32,000 bases of DNA, from positions 90,001 through 122,000 of the forward strand of contig OZ245049.1 of NCBI GenBank assembly GCA_965224465.1. Direction: 5' to 3'. Below are positions 9,373 through 17,384 of this stretch, in pieces (the first letter of the stretch is position 1; the number at the start of each line of letters is the position of its first letter). Origin of the DNA: Flavobacteriaceae bacterium (GTDB lineage Bacteria; Bacteroidota; Bacteroidia; Flavobacteriales; Flavobacteriaceae). The position numbers and the translations under genes were made by a program. The notes beneath the pieces are model-generated. The model was not told the origin of the DNA. It saw only the letters and a program-made list of their open reading frames with translations, and ran no database searches.

Positions 9373-10758
9373 ATGACATTAATAAAATCTATATCGGGAA
9401 TCCGCGGTACTATTGGAGGTGCTACAGGAAATAATTTAACACCTATTGATACTGTAAAGTTTGCAGCCGCTTACGGCACATGGCTAAAAGCACAACATCC
9501 TAACAAACTATTAACTGTTATTGTAGGGCGCGATGCTCGAATTTCGGGAAAGATGGTGAGTAGTTTGGTTTGCAATACGCTTGTTGGAATTGGGATTAAC
9601 GTAAAGGATTTAGGTTTGTCTACAACGCCTACAGTAGAAGTGGCAGTTACAATGGAAAATGCAGATGGAGGGATTATTTTAACTGCTAGTCATAACCCAA
9701 AACAATGGAATGCTTTAAAATTATTAAATAATAAAGGAGAATTCTTAGATGCAGCAGAAGGACAAAAAATATTAGATATAGCTGATACAGATGCTTCTAC
9801 ATTTGCCGAAGTGGATGATTTAGGAACCTATGTTAAGGTTGCAGGTTATATGGATAAGCATGTAAGGGAAGTATTGAATTTGGACTTAGTAGATGTTGAT
9901 GCCATTCAGAAAGCTAATTTTAAAGTAGTGGTTGATGCGGTTAATTCGACAGGAGGCATTGCAATTCCTGCATTATTAAAAGCATTGCATGTGGAATGTG
10001 TAGAATTATACTGTGAACCAAATGGTCAATTTCCTCATAACCCAGAACCTTTAAAAGAACATTTAGGGGTTATTTCTAAGTTGGTTGTAAAAGAAAAAGC
10101 AGATTTAGGAGTGGTTGTAGATCCAGATGTAGATAGATTGGCAATTGTTTCTGAAGATGGAAGCATGTTTGGAGAAGAGTACACACTTGTTGCCTGTGCA
10201 GATTATGTGTTGGGAAGAACAAAAGGTGGAAATACGGTCTCTAATTTATCATCGTCTAGAGCCTTAAGAGACATCACTCAAAAACATGGTGGTACCTACC
10301 AAGCAAGTGCTGTTGGTGAGGTAAATGTAGTTACGCTTATGAAAAAAAATGATGCCGTAATTGGAGGAGAGGGCAATGGAGGTATTATTTATCCAGAATC
10401 ACATTACGGACGTGACTCGTTGGTAGGAGTTGCTTTATTTTTGTCTCACTTAGCACATTTGAAAATATCGTGTAAAGCTTTAAGAGATAGTTATCCTAGC
10501 TATTTTATGAGTAAAAATAAAATTCAATTGACTCCTGAGATTAACGTAGATTTAATTTTAGAGAAAATGGCAGAAAAATATGCCAAGGAGGATGTAAGTA
10601 CCATTGACGGAGTAAAAATAGATTTTGCTACAGAATGGGTGCATTTACGAAAGTCAAATACAGAACCAATTATTAGAGTTTATACAGAGAGTGATACACA
10701 ATCCAGTGCAGATGCATTGGCAGAACGTGTTATTGAAGAAATCAAAGCCATCATATAA
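9373..10758 (+). CDS. glmM: Phosphoglucosamine mutase (alpha-D-phosphohexomutase family)
   Basis: 461-aa ORF. Active-site loop TASHNP, metal-binding DPDVDR, GEGNGG sugar loop. The length and N-terminus SISGIRGT match the Bacteroidota GlmM type. Confidence 0.75.
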   Translation: MTLIKSISGIRGTIGGATGNNLTPIDTVKFAAAYGTWLKAQHPNKLLTVIVGRDARISGKMVSSLVCNTLVGIGINVKDLGLSTTPTVEVAVTMENADGGIILTASHNPKQWNALKLLNNKGEFLDAAEGQKILDIADTDASTFAEVDDLGTYVKVAGYMDKHVREVLNLDLVDVDAIQKANFKVVVDAVNSTGGIAIPALLKALHVECVELYCEPNGQFPHNPEPLKEHLGVISKLVVKEKADLGVVVDPDVDRLAIVSEDGSMFGEEYTLVACADYVLGRTKGGNTVSNLSSSRALRDITQKHGGTYQASAVGEVNVVTLMKKNDAVIGGEGNGGIIYPESHYGRDSLVGVALFLSHLAHLKISCKALRDSYPSYFMSKNKIQLTPEINVDLILEKMAEKYAKEDVSTIDGVKIDFATEWVHLRKSNTEPIIRVYTESDTQSSADALAERVIEEIKAII

Positions 10759-10765
10759 TACATAG

Positions 10766-10788
10766 GTAAATCGTATGGATTTACTTTT
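10766..10788 (+). terminator. Intrinsic terminator after glmM
   Basis: GTAAATC-GTATG-GATTTAC (7-bp stem) followed by TTTT. Confidence 0.6.
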
Positions 10789-10859
10789 AAAATAAAGTGA
10801 TAATTTTTACCTAATAGCATTTTATTTTTAATAATTTTACAGTTCTTTAAATTATTAAA

Positions 10860-11693
10860 ATGAAAAAAATTCTATTAGGTTTTTTAATGTTAAGTTGTAT
10901 AGGATCCTTTGCTCAGGAATCTAGTTTTGAGTTTCAAGAATACAAGAATAAAGGCAAGTTTTTCGCGTATTGGGGTTGGAATCGCGAGAATTATTCTACA
11001 TCGGATATTTCTTTTAAGGGAAAAGATTATGAGTTTACTTTAAGTGATGTTGCAGCACGCGAAAAAGTAAAGCCCTTTGCTTTAGATCCTTATTTCCATC
11101 CTTTAAAAATAACCATTCCACAAACAAACATGCGTATTGGATATTTTTTTAAAGAAAATTATTCAGTAAGTATTGGAGTAGACCATATGAAATACGTGAT
11201 GTATAATAATCGTATGGGAACCATTACTGGAACTATTAACACGGGCGGAAAATATGATGGTGTTTATAAGAATGATAAAATACTGGTATCAGAAGATTTC
11301 TTAACTTTTGAACATACTGATGGCTTGAATTATATAAATGTAGAAGTAGATAGATTTGATAATATAGACAAGTTTCTTAATTTTAAAGTCAGAGGGATTG
11401 ATATTGCTGTGACTGAAGGACTTGGTGTAGGGTTGATGTATCCGAGGTCAAACACAAAAATTTTAGGAAAAGAACGCTATGATCAGTTTAATGTTGCTGG
11501 TTGGGGAGCGTCTGGACATGTAGGGCTTAATATTACTGTTTTTAAATATTTCTTTATTCAAGGTAATTATAAAGTAGGATATATAGATATGGACAATATA
11601 AGAACTACCAATAGTACAGACGATTCTGCATCACAGCATTTTACATTTGTAGAGCGTAGCTTTTTATTTGGAGCACGTTTTAAATTGTTTTAA
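10860..11693 (+). CDS. Putative outer-membrane beta-barrel protein (uncharacterised)
   Basis: 277-aa ORF with a signal peptide ending SFAQE, alternating aromatic/hydrophilic strands, and a C-terminal ...RFKLF. Confidence 0.6.
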   Translation: MKKILLGFLMLSCIGSFAQESSFEFQEYKNKGKFFAYWGWNRENYSTSDISFKGKDYEFTLSDVAAREKVKPFALDPYFHPLKITIPQTNMRIGYFFKENYSVSIGVDHMKYVMYNNRMGTITGTINTGGKYDGVYKNDKILVSEDFLTFEHTDGLNYINVEVDRFDNIDKFLNFKVRGIDIAVTEGLGVGLMYPRSNTKILGKERYDQFNVAGWGASGHVGLNITVFKYFFIQGNYKVGYIDMDNIRTTNSTDDSASQHFTFVERSFLFGARFKLF

Positions 11694-11783
11694 TCCTTAT
11701 TGTAGGGGCGTTTTTTAGAGGTTTTGACTTTGAACTAGAAATTATTTTATCAGAAAATATACCTCGTTCTTTGGGACGAGGTT

Positions 11784-11936
11784 ATACCAAATACATTTCC
11801 AAGCGACGGTTTAGAAATAGAATGATTTTTTGTTATACCAATTAAATTTCCAAGTGACGGTTTAGAAATAGAATGATTTTTTGTTATACCAATTAAATTT
11901 CCAAGTGACAGTTTAGAAATAGAATTATTTTTTGTT
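11784..11936 (+). repeat. Three tandem 51-bp left modules of the repeat family
   Basis: Units at 11784, 11835 and 11886, each ATACCAA(A/T)TA(C/A)ATTTCCAAG(C/T)GAC(G/A)GTTTAGAAATAGAAT(G/T)ATTTTTTGTT. Confidence 0.95.
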
Positions 11937-12711
11937 CTAGCTAGGCGGAAAATCTAAGGATAGCCTTAGCTATCGTTCTATTTTTCAACAACGCTAGCAC
12001 ATAAAATAAACTATTTATAGCTGTCATTTTGGGTTTTAATTGGTATTATAGCTAGGCGGGAAATCTAAGGATAGCCTTAGCTATCGTTCTATTTTTCAAC
12101 AACGCTAGCACATAAAACAACCTATTTATAGCTGTCATTTTGGGTTTTAATTGGTATTATAGCTAGGCGAAAAGCGGATGGATAGCCTTAGCTATCGTTC
12201 TGTTTTTCAACAACGTTAGTACGTAAAACAACCTATTTACATAGGTCATTTTGGATTTTAATTGGTATTATAGCTAGGCGGAAAATGGATGGATAGCCTT
12301 AGCTATCGTTCTGTTTTTCAACAACGTTAGCACGTAAAACAACCTATTTGTATCGGTCATTTTGGGTTTTAATTGGTGTTCTATATAGGCGAAAAATGGA
12401 TGGACAGCCTTAGCTATCGTTCTGTTTTTCAACAACGCTAGCACATAAAATAAACTATTTATAGCTGTCATTTTGGGTTTTAATTGGTATTATAGCTAGG
12501 CGAAAAGTGGATGGATAGCCTTAGCTATCGTTCTATTTTTCAACAACGTTAGCACATAAAACAACTTATTTATATCGGTCATTTTGGATTTTAATAGGTG
12601 TTCTAGCTAGGCGAAAAGTGGATGGATAGTCTTAGTTATCGTTCTGTTTTTCAACAACGTTAGCGCATAAAACAACCTATTTATATCGGTTATTTTGGAT
12701 TGTAATTGTAT
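11937..12711 (+). repeat. Seven tandem 111-bp right modules of the repeat family
   Basis: The TAGCTAGGCG motif recurs at 11938, 12049, 12160, 12271, 12382 (variant TATATAGGCG), 12493 and 12604, an exact 111-bp period. Each unit contains the hairpin GATAGC-CTTA-GCTATC and ends (T)TTAATTGGTAT. Confidence 0.95.
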
Positions 12712-13607
12712 TAGTCACTTATTTTTTTTACTTTTTGTTTTGCATCTTTATGTTTAAAACGATTGTGTGTCCAAAAATAATATTCAGGAGCTTTACGTAT
12801 TTGATTTTCTACGGTTCGTAGGAAAATATCCGTCATTTCAAAGGGTTTCATTTTACGAGTATCTTCGCAAACCAATTTGAATTCACCTTCGTAATAGCCA
12901 CGTTTTACTTTTTTTACATCAAAAAAGACGGTAGATAGGTCAAACCTTTTTGCAAGCATTTCTGCACCTGTATGTACAGGTACTTTTACACCCATAAATG
13001 GTGCCCAATAGAATGTTTTGTGAAGTTCAGGAGATTGGTCACTTAGCAGTCCATAAAAGGCATTAACTCCTTCTTTTTGATCCTTTATAATTTGGGGTAT
13101 TAATTCTTTTCCAGGGATTAAATATCCGCCAAAACGCGCTCTTGATTTGGTGATGAAATTATTAAAATATTTATTTCCAATAGGGGTAAAAATACCATAA
13201 GTTGGAATGTTGGAGTACATGGCAAAAGAAACTACCCATTCCCAGTTTGCATAATGGCTAGCCAATAAAATAACTCCCTTTTTATGGGTTAACGATTCTA
13301 CTAATTCGAAATTTTTAAATTTATATCGTTTTTTAATTTCCTTTTTACTCATGGTAAAAGTCTTGACCATCTCCATAAAAACATCTACAAAATGTTTGTA
13401 AAATTTTCGTTGAATGTGGAGTAATTCTTTCTCCGACTTTTCTGGGAAAGAAAGGTGTAAGTTTTTCATTACTACTTCTTTTCTATAGCCTATTACATAG
13501 TACAATAAGTAAAAAATAAGGTCAGAAAAAATATATAGTATTCGAAATGGTAAGATAGATACCCCCATAATTAAGGGGTAGACGAGGATGTAAATGAGTA
13601 ATTGCAT
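12711..13607 (-). CDS. Lipid A biosynthesis acyltransferase (LpxL/HtrB/MsbB family)
   Basis: 298-aa ORF with an N-terminal TM segment, an HX4(D/E)-type motif SHYANWEW, and a family-typical C-terminus YYFWTHNRFK. Confidence 0.8.
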   Translation of the reverse strand: MQLLIYILVYPLIMGVSILPFRILYIFSDLIFYLLYYVIGYRKEVVMKNLHLSFPEKSEKELLHIQRKFYKHFVDVFMEMVKTFTMSKKEIKKRYKFKNFELVESLTHKKGVILLASHYANWEWVVSFAMYSNIPTYGIFTPIGNKYFNNFITKSRARFGGYLIPGKELIPQIIKDQKEGVNAFYGLLSDQSPELHKTFYWAPFMGVKVPVHTGAEMLAKRFDLSTVFFDVKKVKRGYYEGEFKLVCEDTRKMKPFEMTDIFLRTVENQIRKAPEYYFWTHNRFKHKDAKQKVKKISD

Positions 13608-13702
13608 AATATTGCAAATATCGGATTAAATTTGATTTATAACATAATATTAGAACATAATATACATAAAATGTAGTATTTTCGAATTTTAAAATTGGAA
13701 CA

Positions 13703-14353
13703 ATGAATATAAATAAGGTATTACTAATTGTAATAATAGCCAACGTGCTTTTTTCTCTAAAAGGGTTGAAGGATTATGGTTTTTTTGAAAAGTTTAAATT
13801 TCAAATTGGGGGCATTATGCAAGGGCAAAAAATACGCATGCTGACTTCTGGTTTTTTACATGCAGATTATATGCATTTAGGAATGAATATGTATGTGCTT
13901 TATATTTTTGGGCCTGCAGTTATAGGAGAATTGGGGGAACTTAAATTTTTAATGATCTATTTTGGAAGTTTATTTGCGGGAAATTTATTGACTCTAAAAT
14001 ACCACCAAAAGGAATTGTATTATAGTGCTGTAGGTGCGTCTGGTGCCATTGCAGGAATTGTTTTTAGTAGCATTCTATTGCATCCAGGTATGGAACTTAT
14101 GATATTTCCAATTCCAATTTCCTTGCCTTCTTATGTGTTTGGTGTGGGGTATTTATTGTATTCAATTTATGGAATGAAAAAACAGTTAGGGAATGTTGGG
14201 CACTCTGCACATTTAGGCGGTGCTATTGGAGGCTATGCATTGACCTTGCTTTTAAAGCCGTCCGTATTTACTAATAATATGAATATTGTATTGCTTATTG
14301 GAGTTCCTATAGTATTGTTACTGTTGTTTGGAAAGAGATTACAGCGTGATTAA
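13703..14353 (+). CDS. Rhomboid family intramembrane serine protease
   Basis: 216-aa polytopic ORF with HxxxN-like HLGMNM, catalytic GASGAIAG and HSAHLGGAIGG motifs. Confidence 0.88.
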   Translation: MNINKVLLIVIIANVLFSLKGLKDYGFFEKFKFQIGGIMQGQKIRMLTSGFLHADYMHLGMNMYVLYIFGPAVIGELGELKFLMIYFGSLFAGNLLTLKYHQKELYYSAVGASGAIAGIVFSSILLHPGMELMIFPIPISLPSYVFGVGYLLYSIYGMKKQLGNVGHSAHLGGAIGGYALTLLLKPSVFTNNMNIVLLIGVPIVLLLLFGKRLQRD

Positions 14354-14513
14354 TACCAAACACATTTCCAAGTGAGGGTTTAGAGAAATGAATTATTTTT
14401 TGTTCTAGCTAGGCGGGAAATGGTTGGATAGCCTTAGTTATCGTTCTGTTTTTTAACAGCGCTAGAACGCAAAAGAACTATTTATATCGATCATTTTAGA
14501 TTGTAATTGGTAT
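14353..14513 (+). repeat. Intergenic repeat family, complete single copy (archetype)
   Basis: 161 bp, from ATACCAAACACATTTCCAAGTGAGGG to TTAGATTGTAATTGGTAT. Its first base is the last base of the rhomboid TAA stop. Confidence 0.9.
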
Positions 14514-14627
14514 CCCCCCTTATTGAGGGGGTAATTTTCCGAGATTCTGTCTCGTGATAGAAAAAAGTCTTTTGGAAGCATCCGCGTACTTTAGGGGCGA
14601 GGCTGTTGATTTGATAAAAGTAAACAT

Positions 14628-14661
14628 AAAAAAACCTCAAACAATGTTTGAGGTTTTTTTT
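14628..14661. terminator. A-run/hairpin/T-run terminator downstream of tRNA-Gly copy 1
   Basis: AAAAAAA-CCTCAAAC-AAT-GTTTGAGG-TTTTTTTT. On the minus strand it directly follows the tRNA 3' end. Confidence 0.75.
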
Positions 14662-14663
14662 AG

Positions 14664-14736
14664 AGCGAAAGACCGGGTTCGAACCGGCGACATTCAGCTT
14701 GGAAGGCTGACGCTCTACCAACTGAGCTACTTTCGC
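14664..14736 (-). tRNA. tRNA-Gly (anticodon UCC), copy 1
   Basis: The reverse complement folds as a cloverleaf: GCGAAAG TA GCTC AGTTGGTA GAGC G TCAGC CTTCCAA GCTGA ATGTC GCCGG TTCGAAC CCGGT CTTTCGC T. 73 nt, CCA not encoded. Confidence 0.93.
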
Positions 14737-14747
14737 ATTACCGAGTG

Positions 14748-14755
14748 CGAATATA
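14748..14755 (-). promoter_or_regulatory. Candidate -7 box for tRNA-Gly copy 1
   Basis: The minus strand reads TATATTCG (one mismatch to TAnnTTTG), 11 nt upstream of the tRNA 5' end. A TTG lies 19 nt further upstream. Confidence 0.45.
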
Positions 14756-14960
14756 CAATGGTTTTTTAGAAAAACAAGTCTTTTGAAATACTTTTTTTAG
14801 TAGTTTTTATAAGTGTTTGTCGCTTAAAACAATACCTTGTCTTAGTGAAAAATATAAAGAAATAGTTTTTATAAACAAATAGGAGAGGTTGTTTTTTATA
14901 CCAAGCTGTTTTTAAAGAAATTTTTAAATAATAGGTTTTTTTCTTATAGATATTAAGCAT

Positions 14961-14984
14961 AAAAAAACCTCGATAAAATCGAGG
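14961..14984 (-). terminator. Terminator downstream of tRNA-Gly copy 2
   Basis: The plus strand reads AAAAAAA-CCTCGAT-AAA-ATCGAGG. On the minus strand this is a hairpin followed by a U-run. Confidence 0.7.
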
Positions 14985-14992
14985 TTTCTTAG

Positions 14993-15065
14993 AGCGAAAG
15001 ACCGGGTTCGAACCGGCGACATTCAGCTTGGAAGGCTGACGCTCTACCAACTGAGCTACTTTCGC
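14993..15065 (-). tRNA. tRNA-Gly (anticodon UCC), copy 2
   Basis: Identical 73-nt sequence to copy 1. Confidence 0.93.
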
Positions 15066-15075
15066 ATTACGAGTA

Positions 15076-15083
15076 CAAATATA
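15076..15083 (-). promoter_or_regulatory. Candidate -7 box for tRNA-Gly copy 2
   Basis: The minus strand reads TATATTTG, a perfect TAnnTTTG, 10 nt upstream of the tRNA 5' end. Confidence 0.5.
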
Positions 15084-15333
15084 CAATGGTTTTTTAGTAA
15101 AACAAGCCTTTTGAAATAGTTTTTTCGTTTGTTTTTATAAGTGTTTGTGTTTTAAAACGATACGTTTATTGTTTGTTAGAAAATAAATGAAGGCATTTAA
15201 ATAAATGAAAAAGAGAGGGGTAATTTAATCCCACCAGTGGGTTTTATTCCCCGATACTTGCATCGAAAAAATTATGGTTTTTTCTGTTTCATGCCTCGTG
15301 GGCTTGCTCAGAGATTATTGAATTTTTATGCAT

Positions 15334-15365
15334 AAAAAAACCTCAAACAATGTTTGAGGTTTTTT
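15334..15365. terminator. Terminator downstream of tRNA-Gly copy 3
   Basis: AAAAAAA-CCTCAAAC-AAT-GTTTGAGG-TTTTTT, with the same hairpin as the copy 1 terminator. Confidence 0.75.
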
Positions 15366-15367
15366 AG

Positions 15368-15440
15368 AGCGAAAGACCGGGTTCGAACCGGCGACATTCA
15401 GCTTGGAAGGCTGACGCTCTACCAACTGAGCTACTTTCGC
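15368..15440 (-). tRNA. tRNA-Gly (anticodon UCC), copy 3
   Basis: Identical 73-nt sequence to copies 1 and 2. Confidence 0.93.
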
Positions 15441-15451
15441 ATTACCGAGTG

Positions 15452-15459
15452 CAAATATA
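15452..15459 (-). promoter_or_regulatory. Candidate -7 box for tRNA-Gly copy 3
   Basis: The minus strand reads TATATTTG, 11 nt upstream of the tRNA 5' end. Confidence 0.5.
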
Positions 15460-15729
15460 CAATCCTTTTACAGTATGGCAAGGGGTTTTAGTTAAAAAAA
15501 CTATATTTTTTTCTGTTATTGATGTTCTAATTATTTAGTTCTTTATCGCTCATAAAAACAATTTTATTTTGTGTTTGGTATATAGGTGTTTAACTTGTTT
15601 ATTTCTTGTCTTCTGTTTTTTTATAGGTAAAACCATTCGAACAATTCCTTAGCCACCCCTTGGTTTCTATTAGAAGTATCTATTAGCACATGGTCAGGTT
15701 CTATGATTTTATCACAGGAAAGGTGTGTT

Positions 15730-15892
15730 ATAATAATTAAATTTCCAAGTGACAGTTTAGAGATGGAATTATTTTTTGTTTTAGTTAGGTAAAAAATGGA
15801 TGAATAGCCTAAGCCATCGTTCAGTTTCTTAACAACGCTAGATCATAAAACAACCTATTTATATCGATTATTTTGGATTTTAAATGAATTAT
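15730..15892 (+). repeat. Intergenic repeat family copy with degenerate termini
   Basis: ATAATAATTAAATTTCCAAGTGACAGTTTAGAGATGG...CGATTATTTTGGATTTTAAATGAATTAT. Both modules are present and both tips are mutated. Confidence 0.8.
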
Positions 15893-15938
15893 AAGGAGTT
15901 GATTGATTTTTTATTAATTTAGTCAAAGATATACGGAT

Positions 15939-16868
15939 ATGAAAAAAATTATAGAGAACGACCTGATTTACTTAAGAGAGTTTGCGATTTCTGATGGCGT
16001 TTGTTTTTTTAAATTAAATAAGGATCCTAAAGTAGTAGCATTTACTGGAGATACTCCTTTTTTAGATTTGAATTCGGCAATATCATTCCTTTATAAGTAT
16101 CCAAATTACAAGCGAGATGGCTATGGGAGATGGGCTGTTTGTTTACAAGAGAATAATAAGTTTATAGGCTGGTGTGGACTTAATAAATCACAAGCATCCG
16201 GAAGTATTGATATTGGATTTCGATTCTATAGGGCGTATTGGGGGAAGGGTTTTGCTACGATGGCAGCTCAAATGTGTATAGATTATGGGTTTAAAACAGT
16301 TGGGTTAAGTCAGATAGTCGCCAATGTATATGTTGAGAATACAGCATCGATTCGCGTATTGAAAAAATGTGGAATGACGTTGAATAAAATGGGGATGTAC
16401 GATGGGAGGGAAGCCGTTTTTTATACGATAAATAACATTCAAGTGAAAGAAATAGAAGCAGTAGATACATTGGCCTTAAGAACATCTATTTTACGTCAAG
16501 ACATTCCTCTTTCTACTAGTTTTGAAGGAGATGACAGCAATTCAACAATTCATGTAGGAGCTTTTTTAGAAGGGGAAATTGTTGGGATTTGTTCTTTTAT
16601 GAAATCAAGATCTTCGTTTATAGAAGGGACACAATATCAGTTGCGTGGAATGGCAATTTCAAAAAAGAGTCAAGGAAAGGGAATTGGTTCCATGATGTTG
16701 GCTATGGGACTTGAACGAATAAAGGAAAAAGGAATTTCTTTCTTATGGTGTAAGGCGAGAAAGGAAGCCTTAGGCTTTTATAAAAAACAAGGCTTTGAAA
16801 TTGTTGGAAGTCCTTTTGAAATTGAGTATATTGGTTGGCATTATACCATGTTTAAAAAAATTATTTAA
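15939..16868 (+). CDS. Tandem GNAT-domain N-acetyltransferase
   Basis: 309-aa ORF. The N-terminal half is RimJ/RimL-like (WGKGFATMAA). The C-terminal half is a second GNAT (QGKGIGSMML...FYKKQGF). Confidence 0.75.
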   Translation: MKKIIENDLIYLREFAISDGVCFFKLNKDPKVVAFTGDTPFLDLNSAISFLYKYPNYKRDGYGRWAVCLQENNKFIGWCGLNKSQASGSIDIGFRFYRAYWGKGFATMAAQMCIDYGFKTVGLSQIVANVYVENTASIRVLKKCGMTLNKMGMYDGREAVFYTINNIQVKEIEAVDTLALRTSILRQDIPLSTSFEGDDSNSTIHVGAFLEGEIVGICSFMKSRSSFIEGTQYQLRGMAISKKSQGKGIGSMMLAMGLERIKEKGISFLWCKARKEALGFYKKQGFEIVGSPFEIEYIGWHYTMFKKII

Positions 16869-16871
16869 TTT

Positions 16872-17321
16872 ATGAAAAACGTCACATGTATTCTTTTTGT
16901 ATTTCTTAGTGCAATAAGTTGTACAGCACCTACAAAAAAGGGAAGCAGTCCTTCCAATACCGATATTAAAGAAATCAAACACGTATTAAACCAGTCGGCA
17001 TTAGATTGGACCAAGGGAGATTTAGCGAGTTATATGAATGCTTATTGGAAATCTCCTGACCTTAAATTTATAGGGAGTAGAGGCGTTACTTATGGATGGC
17101 AACAAACACTGGATAATTATAAAAAAGGATATCCCACGAGTGCTCATACAGGAACACTTACTTTTGATTTAATTCATGTAGATATGTTGGCCCCTGGAGT
17201 ATATAGCGTAATCGGAAAATATCATTTGGAGCGTTCTGTAGGGGAGGCTAACGGGATTTTTACCTTAGTATTTAAAAAAATAGAAGGTCAATGGAAAATA
17301 ATTATCGATCATAGCGAATAG
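16872..17321 (+). CDS. NTF2-like (DUF4440/SnoaL-like) lipoprotein
   Basis: 149-aa ORF with lipobox LSAISC and an NTF2-fold-like sequence ending GQWKIIIDHS. Starts 3 nt after the GNAT gene. Confidence 0.65.
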   Translation: MKNVTCILFVFLSAISCTAPTKKGSSPSNTDIKEIKHVLNQSALDWTKGDLASYMNAYWKSPDLKFIGSRGVTYGWQQTLDNYKKGYPTSAHTGTLTFDLIHVDMLAPGVYSVIGKYHLERSVGEANGIFTLVFKKIEGQWKIIIDHSE

Positions 17322-17323
17322 CA

Positions 17324-17362
17324 TAAAAAAAAGGTAGTGATATTAATAATCACTACCTTTTT
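17324..17362. terminator. Bidirectional terminator between convergent genes
   Basis: AAAAAAAA-AGGTAGTGAT-ATTAATA-ATCACTACCT-TTTT. A 10-bp stem flanked by an A-run and a T-run. Confidence 0.8.
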
Positions 17363-17384
17363 AACCTATTTTTAGGCAAGACAA

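Noticed and set aside
12274-12471. A 65-aa minus-strand ORF running through two 111-bp repeat units, which is possible because 111 is a multiple of 3.
   Set aside because: It exists only because one unit carries the variant TATATAGGCG in place of TAGCTAGGCG. Every other unit has an in-frame stop in CTAGCTA. There is no start context, and its peptide composition simply mirrors the repeat. It is a repeat artefact, not a gene.
11937-12711. Possible CRISPR array, given the regularly spaced repeats.
   Set aside because: The units are contiguous 111-bp repeats with no unique spacers between them. The repeat is far longer than CRISPR repeats, and no cas genes are in the window.
13522-13743. A 73-aa minus-strand ORF spanning the acyltransferase/rhomboid divergent region.
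   Set aside because: It overlaps the 5' ends of both real genes and the AT-rich promoter region, and nothing supports it.
14664-14736. Possible tRNA-Trp, because the string TTCCAAG contains CCA.
   Set aside because: With the 5-bp anticodon stem TCAGC/GCTGA, the 7-nt loop is CUUCCAA. U33 precedes the anticodon UCC, so this is tRNA-Gly.
14491-15086. Track ORFs 14491-14721(-), 14554-14769(+) and 14766-15086(-).
   Set aside because: They are translated straight through the tRNA-Gly genes and their terminators (the shared peptide VERQPSKLNVAGSNPVFRSKK is the tRNA sequence). They are spurious.
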